Source of the DNA: Patescibacteria group bacterium
GTDB lineage: Bacteria; Patescibacteriota; Microgenomatia; UBA1400; PJMF01
Direction of reading: 5' to 3'
NCBI GenBank assembly: GCA_016861205.1
Contig: BOKX01000001.1
Coordinates: 831,835-895,834, forward strand
DNA: 64,000 nt
Shown here: piece by piece, positions 1-9,808 of the stretch
Position numbering within the stretch: the first letter of the stretch is position 1
Layout: the number at the start of each line of letters is the position of its first letter
Notes under the pieces: generated by a model
What the model was told of the DNA's origin: nothing
What the model saw: the letters and a program-made list of their open reading frames with translations, nothing else
The model's database searches: none
Made by a program: the position numbers and the translations under genes

Positions 1-97
1 CGAGGTGAAAGTCCAATCAAGTTGCTGCAACCCCAGCAAATAAGTGAGCCGGAGTCCATCTAGCCCACTTCGGACCAAACTGGTATAGTTATTTGTC

Positions 98-1159
98 ATG
101 AAGTTGTCAGTTCGGAACATCCCGGGTAAAATCTGGGCCTTTCTTAGGCGTCGTTGGAAGCTACTGTTGGTGCTACTGGTCGTGGTGGCTGGCGTTGGCT
201 TCTGGCAGTATCAACGAGTCCAAAAGAACAAACCCACCTACACCTTTGTCAAACCCAGCATCCAGACCATTAGCAAAACTTTGAACGTGTCTGGCGTGAT
301 CGACGCCGAGGAGAAAGCTAACCTTCGATTTGCAGCTGGCGGCAAAGTGGTTTACATCGGTGCTCAAGAGGGTGACTTTGTTACCAAAAACCAGACTCTA
401 GCCACCATCGACCAACGAGAACTTCAAAAACGTCTGCAGCAAGATTTGAATGCCTACCTGCGCGAGCGCTGGGACTGGGAAACCAGCCAAGACGCCACTG
501 ATTACAACGTGGAAAACCTGGCGACCCGCCGTGACCTTGACCAGCAGCAAACAAATCTCAATGACACAGTTCTCAACGTAGAAATCAGAGACATTGCTAT
601 TCAGAACACCGTTCTGAAAGCACCATTCAGTGGTTTGCTCGTAGCTAGTCCACTGACCGTGACAGGCGTTAACTTGCTAGCAACTGACGTATTTGAACTG
701 GTTAACCCAGACACGCTAGTCTTTAAAGCTGCCGTAGATGAAGCCGACATTGGTCAAGTTCGAGTCGGCCAAGCTGCCGCAGTCACCCTCGATTCATACC
801 CTGACAACCCAATTAGTAGCAATGTTCAATCTATTTCATATAAGAGCAGCCAAACCAGCTCGGGTACAGTGTTTGTAGTTAGACTCCCTATCACCGTAGC
901 TGACCTCCCAAGTGAGCTGAGACTCGGTATGAATGGTGACGCTACCATCACCCTCAACACCAAAGAAAATGTGTTGGCGATCCCTCTAGACACCACCCGC
1001 CAGCGTGATGGCAAAACCTACGTCGACGTCAAAACTGGGCCGTCTACCGTGGCCGAACGAGAGATCACAACCGGTCTAGAAACCGATGACATGGTGGAGG
1101 TGACCCAAGGTCTGACCGTCAATGATGAGGTGGTCGTACCCAATGGCACGCAAAAGTAA
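98..1159 (+). CDS. Efflux transporter periplasmic adaptor subunit (HlyD/MacA-like membrane fusion protein)
   Basis: N-terminal TM anchor, then a long coiled-coil and beta-barrel-like region typical of HlyD-family adaptors. Immediately upstream of, and overlapping by 1 nt, an ABC ATPase and FtsX-like permease (MacAB-like operon). Confidence 0.7.
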   Translation: MKLSVRNIPGKIWAFLRRRWKLLLVLLVVVAGVGFWQYQRVQKNKPTYTFVKPSIQTISKTLNVSGVIDAEEKANLRFAAGGKVVYIGAQEGDFVTKNQTLATIDQRELQKRLQQDLNAYLRERWDWETSQDATDYNVENLATRRDLDQQQTNLNDTVLNVEIRDIAIQNTVLKAPFSGLLVASPLTVTGVNLLATDVFELVNPDTLVFKAAVDEADIGQVRVGQAAAVTLDSYPDNPISSNVQSISYKSSQTSSGTVFVVRLPITVADLPSELRLGMNGDATITLNTKENVLAIPLDTTRQRDGKTYVDVKTGPSTVAEREITTGLETDDMVEVTQGLTVNDEVVVPNGTQK

Positions 1160-1941
1160 TGAAGCCACTCTTGCTCCAACTTCAAAACGTAACCAAAGAG
1201 TATCAACTTGGTGACTCGACGATCATGGCCCTAGCAGGAGTCAGCATCGATATTCGCGAAGGCGAGTTTGTGGCTATCATGGGACCATCAGGTTCTGGCA
1301 AATCCACCTTCTTACAAATCGCTAGCATGCTCGCCGAGCCCAGCGGGGGCATCATTAAGCTCAAAGAGCAAGATGTAACTAAGTACGATGAAAAAGAGCG
1401 GGCGCGGCTGCGTAACCGCGAAATTGGCTTCGTGTTTCAACAATTTAATCTGCTGGCTCGCACATCAGCGGTTGATAATGTTTCACTCCCCTTGATTTAT
1501 GCCCAAGTATCCGAGTCTGAACGACACCGTCGATCAGTTGAGATGCTGCAGCGAGTAGGACTTGGCGAAAGATTAGCCAACACACCGGCGCAGCTATCAG
1601 GTGGACAGCAGCAGCGCGTGGCGATTGCTCGGGCGCTCATCAACAATCCCAGCATCGTCTTTGCTGACGAACCAACTGGCAACCTTGACTCGCGCAGTGG
1701 CGAAGACATCAAAAAACTATTGACTGACCTCTACCAAGAAGGTCGGACCATTATTATGGTCACCCATGAGGAAGATGTGGCGGCCATCGCCAAACGGCTG
1801 GTGGTTTTCCGTGATGGTCAAATCATCTCTGACACAGCCAACACAGAGCACGCAATGAACAAAGCTGCCAAAGTCAAAGAAGGCAGTCCAGATCTCGAAG
1901 TTACCAAGACACCAAAAACAAAACGAAAGGGGCGTGCATAA
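1159..1941 (+). CDS. ABC transporter ATP-binding protein (MacB/LolD-like)
   Basis: Walker [13 protein letters not shown] signature [15 protein letters not shown], Walker [13 protein letters not shown] and H-loop MVTHE are all present. Confidence 0.85.
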   Translation: MKPLLLQLQNVTKEYQLGDSTIMALAGVSIDIREGEFVAIMGPSGSGKSTFLQIASMLAEPSGGIIKLKEQDVTKYDEKERARLRNREIGFVFQQFNLLARTSAVDNVSLPLIYAQVSESERHRRSVEMLQRVGLGERLANTPAQLSGGQQQRVAIARALINNPSIVFADEPTGNLDSRSGEDIKKLLTDLYQEGRTIIMVTHEEDVAAIAKRLVVFRDGQIISDTANTEHAMNKAAKVKEGSPDLEVTKTPKTKRKGRA

Positions 1942-1944
1942 GCT

Positions 1945-3159
1945 ATGCCATTTGGTTTTGTTTTCACCATCGCTATCAAGGCCATTTTGGTTAACAAAAC
2001 TCGCTCGTTTTTGACGATGCTGGGTGTGATCATCGGTGTTGGCTCGGTGGTGCTACTCACCAGTATCGGAACTGGACTTCAAGCGTATGTCAGCGATCAA
2101 TTCACTAGTCTAGGTGGTTCGGTCGTGTTTGTGGTCCCTGGCGATCCATTCGGTGACGGTGGGGGTTTTGGTGGGGAAACCTCCATGATTGAAAGCACTA
2201 AACCGTTACTTAAAAGAACCTACTTTAATCAAATCTTGCGCAATACCCGAGGCATCATCAAGGATGGGGTGGTAAGCGGCTTCAGTACGGGCGAAGCTAA
2301 ATACAAAACCACCACCAAAAAAGTAACTCTCTATGGTGTGACAGCTAGTTATGGCTCGGTTAACAAAAGCGACACCGCCAGCGGCGAGTGGTTTACTGAT
2401 GTGAATGAGCAAAAAGGTGATCGGGTAACTGTACTCGGACCAAAAATTGCCGAAGAACTCTTTGGAACGATTGACCCTGTTGGCAAAAAACTCCAGATTG
2501 AAAGCCGGTCTTACACTGTCGTGGGTGTTTTAGAAAAGAAAGGTAGCTCTTTTGGTGGCCCCAGTTTTGACAACTATGTTTACATTCCCCTGACTACCCT
2601 GTTTGACGACTTTAACACTCAGTTGATTGATAACTTTACGTTTGAGGCGGTCAGCCAAGAACAGGTCCCAGCTGTCAAAGCAGCCCTGGAAAAAGAACTG
2701 GGTCGGTACCTGGAAGAGGACGAGTTCACCGTGTTTGACCAAGCGCAACTGCTAGAAACCATCAACAGTGTATTGGGAATGTTGACTATCGGGCTCGGCG
2801 GCATCGCCGCCATTTCCCTGGTGGTCGGTGGTATTGGGATTATGAACATCATGTTGGTGTCGGTGACAGAACGGACTCGAGAAATAGGGTTGCGCAAAGC
2901 GCTAGGAGCCACACCTGACTTGATCTTGTTACAGTTTTTGATCGAAGCAGCCCTGCTGTCAGTATTGGGTGGCGGCATTGGTCTAGCAATTGCTTACTTA
3001 GGTTCCCTGGCTATTCAACCCTTCTTCCCCGCCCGGGTTACCCTCTCGGCAGTTATGTTGGCTTTTGGGGTATCAACCGTCGTGGGACTGATCTTTGGAG
3101 CTGCTCCCGCTCGACGCGCCGCTCGACTTTCACCGATCGAAGCTTTACGCTACGAGTAG
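1945..3159 (+). CDS. ABC transporter permease, FtsX/MacB family
   Basis: N-terminal TM helix, a large periplasmic domain, then 3 C-terminal TM helices (FtsX-like fold). Operon context with the adaptor and ATPase. Confidence 0.8.
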   Translation: MPFGFVFTIAIKAILVNKTRSFLTMLGVIIGVGSVVLLTSIGTGLQAYVSDQFTSLGGSVVFVVPGDPFGDGGGFGGETSMIESTKPLLKRTYFNQILRNTRGIIKDGVVSGFSTGEAKYKTTTKKVTLYGVTASYGSVNKSDTASGEWFTDVNEQKGDRVTVLGPKIAEELFGTIDPVGKKLQIESRSYTVVGVLEKKGSSFGGPSFDNYVYIPLTTLFDDFNTQLIDNFTFEAVSQEQVPAVKAALEKELGRYLEEDEFTVFDQAQLLETINSVLGMLTIGLGGIAAISLVVGGIGIMNIMLVSVTERTREIGLRKALGATPDLILLQFLIEAALLSVLGGGIGLAIAYLGSLAIQPFFPARVTLSAVMLAFGVSTVVGLIFGAAPARRAARLSPIEALRYE

Positions 3160-3186
3160 CACGTACTTCATAGCACGGATCTGCAT

Positions 3187-4320
3187 ATGAAAATTCTCGG
3201 CCGACGAAAATCTGGTGAAGGTAGTGAACCACAACCGACCACTGAAAAAAAGACAGCTGCCGTAGCTGAGCAACTCCGTCAAAAAGGCTGGTACGAGTTT
3301 CAACTGGAACGGTCGGGTCAACAGTGTTTCATTGATCCTAACCAGCAACCGATTGGAGCGGGTGGAGCCGCTGAAATCATTATGGGATACATTCCTACCC
3401 AACAACGTTGGGTGGCTATTAAAGTTCCGAAAAGCCTCATTTATCCCGAGCTCTACGCAGAAGAAATTCGCCTACACCTCAAAGCCCTCGAAGCTACTCC
3501 TGACCTAGTTGTGGAAATTGTCGATTTCATCATCAATGAAACCACTAGCAAAATCGCAGCTGACCACGAAAAAATGGTCGTCATGGAACTCTTGGATCCT
3601 GCCTGGGCACCAACTCTCAAACAGCGAATTACCGAGACGCACCCCGCTTATAGTTGGTCTGAGCCACGCCCCGAGCCAGAACCGCTCACCCCTATCGAGG
3701 TTAGTCAAATTACCGGTGACTTGGCCAGATTTGTGATCACACAATATCGTCAGAAAAATCTCATTCACCGCGACCTCAAACCCACTAACATCTACATTAT
3801 TCGCGATACCAATGCTCAGCGCACACTTACCAAAGTCGGTGACTTTGGCTCCGCTAGCGACGCCGAAGTTGACGATAGCGATCCATTAGTTGGCACTATC
3901 AATTACCTGTCACCCCGCCAAGTGTTGGCTGCCCAAGCTGGGTATGACACCACTCAAGAGCCAGCTCCTGATGCCGGCCTGTATGACGAATCTTGGCGTG
4001 TTGGGGTAATTGCGTATGAGATGCTATCTGGCCGAGTAATGTTTGCCCGAGCAAACCCCCAACAAGAAGCTCGCGCCATTCATGACTTTGCCTATGAGGA
4101 CGGCCTACAAATCAAAGATTACCCCACACTGGTCAAAAACCTGATGAAAATGAACGTTAAACCTGAGCCGGTCTTCGAAGCCTTTAATCGTTTCATGTTC
4201 TTAAAACACCCCGAGTATCATGGTGATGTAACTCGCTTTGCCAAAGAGCTTGAACTCGCCCTGACCGGACAACTCGAACCTGAGGCCGCTGATCAAAGTT
4301 CAGTCACCAGCGGAGACTAG
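3187..4320 (+). CDS. Eukaryotic-like Ser/Thr protein kinase
   Basis: Gly-rich loop GAGGAAEI, catalytic Lys in VAIKVPK, catalytic loop HRDLKPTNIYI, and DFG motif VGDFGSA. No TM segment or PASTA domain seen. Confidence 0.7.
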   Translation: MKILGRRKSGEGSEPQPTTEKKTAAVAEQLRQKGWYEFQLERSGQQCFIDPNQQPIGAGGAAEIIMGYIPTQQRWVAIKVPKSLIYPELYAEEIRLHLKALEATPDLVVEIVDFIINETTSKIAADHEKMVVMELLDPAWAPTLKQRITETHPAYSWSEPRPEPEPLTPIEVSQITGDLARFVITQYRQKNLIHRDLKPTNIYIIRDTNAQRTLTKVGDFGSASDAEVDDSDPLVGTINYLSPRQVLAAQAGYDTTQEPAPDAGLYDESWRVGVIAYEMLSGRVMFARANPQQEARAIHDFAYEDGLQIKDYPTLVKNLMKMNVKPEPVFEAFNRFMFLKHPEYHGDVTRFAKELELALTGQLEPEAADQSSVTSGD

Positions 4321-4377
4321 TCCAGCTTTTTCTTTTTAATAGGTAGTTATCAGCCAACCTGGTACAATGAAACGAAG

Positions 4378-4749
4378 ATGAAAGTGGTCAAAGTTGCATT
4401 GTTAGCGGTTTTGTTGCTCGTCCTGGCTGGAACAGGGGTAACTGTAGCTAGCAACCGTGGCTTGGTCAAAGCCCCCGACTGGGTCGCCAAGATCCCCCGC
4501 CAAGTTCCTTCCCTACCGCGACCAAAACTACCCCCAGAGGCTGAAAAGCAAGTTACCATCCTTAGTGATCGGACCCAAGCTGTCGGAAGCCATGTTGGGG
4601 CTGTCTTGGGCAGTTATATTCAAGCTAGTGAAGAAAAAGAACCAATACACCAACGCACATTTGAGTATGCCCGTTATGTTTACTGCCAACAAGTCGTTAA
4701 AGACTACCAAGAAAATGAGGCGGCCAGCGCTAGCTCTGTGCAACCGTAA
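4378..4749 (+). CDS. Hypothetical secreted protein (signal peptide)
   Basis: N-terminal hydrophobic signal-like segment MKVVKVALLAVLLLVLAGTG. No recognisable domain. Confidence 0.4.
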   Translation: MKVVKVALLAVLLLVLAGTGVTVASNRGLVKAPDWVAKIPRQVPSLPRPKLPPEAEKQVTILSDRTQAVGSHVGAVLGSYIQASEEKEPIHQRTFEYARYVYCQQVVKDYQENEAASASSVQP

Positions 4750-4763
4750 CTCCAACCAACTGC

Positions 4764-7100
4764 TTACAGCTTAGCCCGCGTCTTCATCTCAGCTTCCACC
4801 ACATCGCGGTCTTTACCGTACTTCAGCTGCGATAGCTGCTTAATCATCTCGGCTAAGCGAGGATTCATTTGGGCTTTGACCTGATCCATGTCTTTTTCCA
4901 GCGACATGCTGAATGGTGGCACTGGTTCATTACCCACAATAGTCTTGATATAAACGTGATACTTCTCGATGTTAGCTAGGTCAGTTTCATTAAAAGTCGG
5001 AGCAAACTCGTGCTGCAGGAAGTTGGCATCCGGCACACCTACCCGGAAACAGACAATGGTACCAACGTTACCAAACACCGCGTTCTTGATCTCTTCATCA
5101 ATCTGGCCAATAAACTGGTTGGCCACAATCAGGTTCAGGCGATACTTACGGGCCTCAGACAAAATCACCGCAAAGTCTTCCGTGGCATAGTTCTGGAACT
5201 CGTCAACATACAGGAAGAAATCTTCCCGCTTGTCCATGCCCACATCTTGGCGACTCATGGCCGCGGTCAACACTTTCGGCACCAAGATCAGACCCAAGAA
5301 CTTGGCGTCCTCTTCACCCAAAATACCTTTGGACAAGTTACACAAAATAATTTTCTTCTCGTCCATCGCTTTCCGGAAGTTAAAAGCACTTTCCGGCTGA
5401 CCAATGATGTTACGCATAGTTTTGTTGGTCACGAACCGACCGAACTTAGACACGATGTAGTCCAACACCTCTGACTTATGAAAGTCGGATGTCTGCGCGA
5501 TCTGGTCCGTCCAGTAACGGCGAACCACCGGATCTTTAACATAAGGCAGCAGTTCATCGACAAACTTGCTGTCGGTCAGACACCGGACCAACTCCAAAAA
5601 GGTTGACCCTTTTCGGCTCATGATCGTCAACATGGCATTTCGAATAGCGTGTTCAAACCGTGGTCCGATGATGCCGGTACGATGCGGGTCATACAGTTTG
5701 TACATCAAGCCAATAATAGAACTCACCACAAAGTGTTGCTGCTCTTCGGTATCGGCCTCCATCATGTTCAAACCCATTGGTCGTTGTACGTCGGACGGGT
5801 TGAAGTAAATCACATCTTCCGCTCGCTCGGGTGGCATCAACTGCAAAATATCCTCGATAAACTCACCGTGCGGGTCGATGGCGCACACACCATACCCAGA
5901 CTTGATATCCTGCAAAATCATTTCTTTCAGAAACTCTGACTTACCGGTACCAGTTTTCCCAATGATATACATGTGACGGCGACGGTCATTGAGACTCATG
6001 AACACTTCGCGAACTTCACCGCGATACTTCGATGTCCCAATTCGCAAACCTGAGGTGGGAATCATGTTCGGAGCTGGGGCATTTTTGGCATTGAGCCACT
6101 TAATGTGGTGAGTCTCAACTGTTTTATTCGGGAAATGGAAAATAGTAGCCAGCTCCTCCACATTTAAGACTGATGTCCCGCGCTTAATGATCGGCATGTA
6201 ACGATACAAAAAATCCAACATAAACAAGTGTTTCACAAATAACTGCACTCGTTTAAAGTTGTTGTGCGAGCTCGTGAACTGAGCAAATGCGCCCACAATG
6301 TTGTTGAGATGTGACTCCGCTACATATTCTTGAGGTGCCGACACTACGACACGAATAGAAACTCTAAACCCTGGCTTCTCAACTTTCGAGCTGATGCTCT
6401 CCATTTCTTTAGGATCGTGACGATACGTGGCTTTATCAGGATCGGCTTCACGCTTCTTTTCACCTTGAATGTGTGATCGACCTTTGTTTTGCCAACCTTT
6501 ACCTTCCGGCTGCAGCAAGATTTGCAAAATTGCCCCTTCGCCTTCACCCATTTTTGACAAGCCAGAGGTCATCAATGATAAGCCATCAGTTGGCAAATCC
6601 TTGTAGGTTTTAATGGGGAAAAAGGTGGGCTTTTCCAGAGCCAAGGCCGCAAAAGCAACTTTGCCTTTTTCACTAAAAATATTGATCTCATCTACCTCTG
6701 TGATGTCAGCTGATGGATATGCACCGTGAATCTGCTTTTCTACCAAGTCGCGAATTTTACGCGAGCAACTGATGTAAAACGTGATGCTCTCTTTGAGAGC
6801 CACGATCTCAAAACTAAATACATCTTCAGCTTTGGCCCAGGAGAACCAGCCAGTTTTTTTGAGTGAGTAGAGACCGGCAAACATCTGCTCAGCTGCGTCG
6901 ATCTTAATTTCATTGTCCTTCGGTAACCGGACTTGGAGCGTTACAAAATCTAGCGCGTACTCTTCACGATGCCGGTACTTGAGCCACTGAAACAACATGT
7001 AACCAAACACCGCGAACACCAAACCAACCACAATCAACATCCCGAGCAAACTCAGCCAGCTGATGAGGAGCGATAGTAGTCCAGCAGAATCAAATAACAT
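4764..7100 (-). CDS. Type IV secretion coupling-protein-like ATPase (VirD4/TraG/TraD family; a DUF87/HerA/FtsK-like ATPase is not excluded)
   Basis: Two N-terminal TM helices. Central P-loop IIGKTGTGKSEFLKEM followed by AIDPHGEF. Downstream acidic Walker B-like FFLYVDEFQNYA. This architecture is typical of T4 coupling proteins. Confidence 0.55.
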   Translation of the reverse strand: MLFDSAGLLSLLISWLSLLGMLIVVGLVFAVFGYMLFQWLKYRHREEYALDFVTLQVRLPKDNEIKIDAAEQMFAGLYSLKKTGWFSWAKAEDVFSFEIVALKESITFYISCSRKIRDLVEKQIHGAYPSADITEVDEINIFSEKGKVAFAALALEKPTFFPIKTYKDLPTDGLSLMTSGLSKMGEGEGAILQILLQPEGKGWQNKGRSHIQGEKKREADPDKATYRHDPKEMESISSKVEKPGFRVSIRVVVSAPQEYVAESHLNNIVGAFAQFTSSHNNFKRVQLFVKHLFMLDFLYRYMPIIKRGTSVLNVEELATIFHFPNKTVETHHIKWLNAKNAPAPNMIPTSGLRIGTSKYRGEVREVFMSLNDRRRHMYIIGKTGTGKSEFLKEMILQDIKSGYGVCAIDPHGEFIEDILQLMPPERAEDVIYFNPSDVQRPMGLNMMEADTEEQQHFVVSSIIGLMYKLYDPHRTGIIGPRFEHAIRNAMLTIMSRKGSTFLELVRCLTDSKFVDELLPYVKDPVVRRYWTDQIAQTSDFHKSEVLDYIVSKFGRFVTNKTMRNIIGQPESAFNFRKAMDEKKIILCNLSKGILGEEDAKFLGLILVPKVLTAAMSRQDVGMDKREDFFLYVDEFQNYATEDFAVILSEARKYRLNLIVANQFIGQIDEEIKNAVFGNVGTIVCFRVGVPDANFLQHEFAPTFNETDLANIEKYHVYIKTIVGNEPVPPFSMSLEKDMDQVKAQMNPRLAEMIKQLSQLKYGKDRDVVEAEMKTRAKL

Positions 7101-7126
7101 ACACTCTTAAACTTCCTCCTATTATC

Positions 7127-7918
7127 TCAGGTTTGTCGATAAATGACTCGACCAGTAAACATTTTCATCAATCGGCGGCTCCACTCGACCAACCACCGGA
7201 CACTCAACGATGGGGGTTTGTGTTCGCCTGCTTTTTCCACCTCAGGGCTGATCGGTAAAACCACCACCGGTTGTGGGGTATGTACAGCTTGGACATCTGT
7301 CGCCCCTTGCGGATTTATCACAATTTCTTGCGGTTGCTCGGTGACTTGATCTTCAACCTTTTGCAGGTACTCCTCGATCTCGGGTCCAATTTCTGGAGCT
7401 ACTTCCTGCTCAACATGCTGAACACCACCAGCTTCGCTTTGGGCAACTTGATCGACAACGCCTCGGTCAATGGCTTCTTTGGCAGTGCTGACCGGATAGC
7501 TTGGGTTCAAAGTGTCCGTTGCTTGCTGAATAACCGTGGGCACCACTGGGGCCACAGGCTCGGGCCAAGCTGCAGGCTCAACCGGAACTGCTGGAGGAGG
7601 CGGCGGCGAAACAACTGGCGGCGCCGGAGGTTGAGCTGGGGTGGTCTGCCCTTCCAACTCAGTAACAATCTGATCCATCAGCTGAAGTTTATCCTCGGCA
7701 GACACCAACTCTGGTGGCTGACTCGGAACCACATCTGGAATTGGGGCAGCAGGCTGAACCGGTGGCGAAGGTTGAACTTGAGTCGCAGCTGGAACAGAAC
7801 TCGAAGTGGCTACCGGGGCCGGTGACTGCAAAAACGGCACCAGCTGTTGGCCACTTGGGCTCAGCGTGCCACGCAAACGAGATACCAACCTGTTGGGGGT
7901 TGGGGCAGGACCGGTCAT
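7127..7918 (-). CDS. Proline-rich hypothetical protein
   Basis: Long ORF with P/A/V/Q-rich low-complexity sequence. Co-directional with and immediately downstream of the coupling-ATPase gene. Confidence 0.4.
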   Translation of the reverse strand: MTGPAPTPNRLVSRLRGTLSPSGQQLVPFLQSPAPVATSSSVPAATQVQPSPPVQPAAPIPDVVPSQPPELVSAEDKLQLMDQIVTELEGQTTPAQPPAPPVVSPPPPPAVPVEPAAWPEPVAPVVPTVIQQATDTLNPSYPVSTAKEAIDRGVVDQVAQSEAGGVQHVEQEVAPEIGPEIEEYLQKVEDQVTEQPQEIVINPQGATDVQAVHTPQPVVVLPISPEVEKAGEHKPPSLSVRWLVEWSRRLMKMFTGRVIYRQT

Positions 7919-7978
7919 AGCTTCATTGTATCGAGTTCTGGGCTGATCGTCACTATCGACTCACCTCGAGATACATAA

Positions 7979-8488
7979 TTATGGCAGTTGCAGCTCAAGA
8001 TTGTCGCCGACTTGCCAACCGACTTGTTCGACAAATCCAGCTGGAACCTCGAGAACCATGTCGACAACTTGGGGGGCAGGATACGTTGGCAAGTTGTTTA
8101 GAGTGGTACCTGGTAACGGGGCTGGCACTCGAGCGGTAATTCCGACAATTTTTTGGTTGCTGATCCAAACCATATCAAGATCAAACAGCATGTCTTTCAT
8201 CCAAAATTGGGCCGGCTGTGGCGTGGGTAGAATGAACAACATGCCGTCAGAACCGATTTCAGTTCGATCACTTAAACCTTGAATAATGCTATCTTGAGTC
8301 GTCACCAACTCGACCAGGAGAGTGCGGCTCTTAATCTTGAGTTGGGCTTGAGCGCGATCATACTTCGTCCAGTCCGGCGTTGAAGTGACTTGGGACAGGG
8401 AGCGTACCCGACTTAAAATGATGATCATCAACACTAACCCAATACCCAATAACCACCATGTGTGCTTACCCTGTGTGTTTGAGGCCAT
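7979..8488 (-). CDS. DUF192-like secreted/membrane-anchored protein
   Basis: N-terminal TM/signal anchor. The DGMLFILP...WMKDMLFDLDMVWI pattern is reminiscent of DUF192 (COG1430). Confidence 0.45.
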   Translation of the reverse strand: MASNTQGKHTWWLLGIGLVLMIIILSRVRSLSQVTSTPDWTKYDRAQAQLKIKSRTLLVELVTTQDSIIQGLSDRTEIGSDGMLFILPTPQPAQFWMKDMLFDLDMVWISNQKIVGITARVPAPLPGTTLNNLPTYPAPQVVDMVLEVPAGFVEQVGWQVGDNLELQLP

Positions 8489-8492
8489 ATCG

Positions 8493-9335
8493 TCACCTAG
8501 ATTTTACTAAGCTCAACCGCCGGTAAATAACCAGCAACCAAAATGTCATCATGATTACTATACCAAGCAAAACTAACTGATTAACCCCCAGGTTCCCCCA
8601 GCCAACTGTCTTATCTGGTCTAGCCCAGTCCAAACTGAACCGGATCAGCGCGTAGTACCATACGTAACTAGCAAACCAAGCCCCACTGCCCAGGTGCCAC
8701 CAAGCTGGTCGCCACCGCTCGCCAGCGGGTGAGGCCAACCACCACCAAACTAGACCGGCACTGGCGGTGGCTATCATTTCATAGGCAAATAATGGATGGA
8801 ATCTGGTCTCAACGGCTAAGTTGGCAAATTGCGGCAGTCGATGCTTGGCGTCAATGCTGATTCCCCAGGGAAGCGTGGTCGGATAGCCGTACAGTTCCTG
8901 ATTCACAAAGTTGGCCCATCGACCAATGGCCTGACCAATCGGTAATCCAAACACGGCGGAGTCAAGCCAAGTTAGCCAATTTGGTCCCGATGACCAAACC
9001 AGTGTAACCAGCCATGCGCCCACCATTCCCCCAGCAACTGCACCAAGAATGCTCAGACCACCTTGCCAGATTTGAATAGCTGCCCAGGGATGGGCTTGAT
9101 ACAACGACCAGTCTGTAGCTAGATGCCAAACTCTGGCCCCAAACACACCAAACAAAACGATACTCAAGCCTGCCAAATCCAAGCGATTGGTATCTGACCA
9201 TCCGAGTCGTGTTAACCGTTTGGCAATTAACCACCAACTTACTACTAAGGCCAACCCCACGATCAGGCCATAGGCATGAAACTCTAAACCAAAAACCGTC
9301 CAACTTGTTGGGACTAAACCTTCGTTCATAACCAA
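8493..9335 (-). CDS. lgt: Prolipoprotein diacylglyceryl transferase
   Basis: Polytopic membrane protein carrying the Lgt signature G...GRWANFVNQELYGYPTTLPWGI. Confidence 0.8.
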   Translation of the reverse strand: MVMNEGLVPTSWTVFGLEFHAYGLIVGLALVVSWWLIAKRLTRLGWSDTNRLDLAGLSIVLFGVFGARVWHLATDWSLYQAHPWAAIQIWQGGLSILGAVAGGMVGAWLVTLVWSSGPNWLTWLDSAVFGLPIGQAIGRWANFVNQELYGYPTTLPWGISIDAKHRLPQFANLAVETRFHPLFAYEMIATASAGLVWWWLASPAGERWRPAWWHLGSGAWFASYVWYYALIRFSLDWARPDKTVGWGNLGVNQLVLLGIVIMMTFWLLVIYRRLSLVKSR

Positions 9336-9808
9336 CTAATCAGAAGCAGGCCACTTGTGACTATGACCACTGCTCGAACTAACCAAATCTGGTGTTCAGC
9401 CTGCCAGCGATCAGTTTTCAGTTGCCACAAAAATCGGGACACAAACTCAGGACTCGCCCGCCATCGCCAAAACTCCACTGCTACAGCAGCTAACCAAGAC
9501 CAAACCAAGGCCGCCCCCAACAAGCTGCCAGACGACGTTAACAAAAAGAATCCTAAAATGCCCAGCACCGCCACCACTACCAATGAGCGAGTAACCAGCA
9601 CTGGCTTGAGTATTTCCAACCACCGCTGCGTGTATCGATAGCCAGCCAACTCATCTAGCCACACAATCACTAATCCCAATCCCAGACCCAACCACCACCA
9701 GAACCACCACGCGGTTCCCCAGTGCCAAGCTTGCCAGGTAACACCAGCCACCAAAACAACCAACAGCTGTAGGGTCCACACCGGTACTCTGTCCAAAAAA
9801 TGATTCAT
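9326..9808 (-). CDS. Hypothetical Trp-rich integral membrane protein
   Basis: Four predicted TM helices. Overlaps the lgt start by 10 nt, suggesting an operon. Confidence 0.4.
   Translation of the reverse strand: MNHFLDRVPVWTLQLLVVLVAGVTWQAWHWGTAWWFWWWLGLGLGLVIVWLDELAGYRYTQRWLEILKPVLVTRSLVVVAVLGILGFFLLTSSGSLLGAALVWSWLAAVAVEFWRWRASPEFVSRFLWQLKTDRWQAEHQIWLVRAVVIVTSGLLLISWL

Noticed and set aside
4764-7100. Confident VirD4 call
   Set aside because: P-loop ATPases of the HerA/FtsK/DUF87 clade share the same motifs and two-TM N-terminus. Without a profile search the call is kept generic with confidence 0.55.
7143-7920. Plus-strand ORFs (68-184 aa, Arg/Trp-rich) antisense to the Pro-rich gene
   Set aside because: Product of low-complexity GC-rich codons on the opposite strand (Pro CCN gives Gly/Arg/Trp antisense). 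No independent support.
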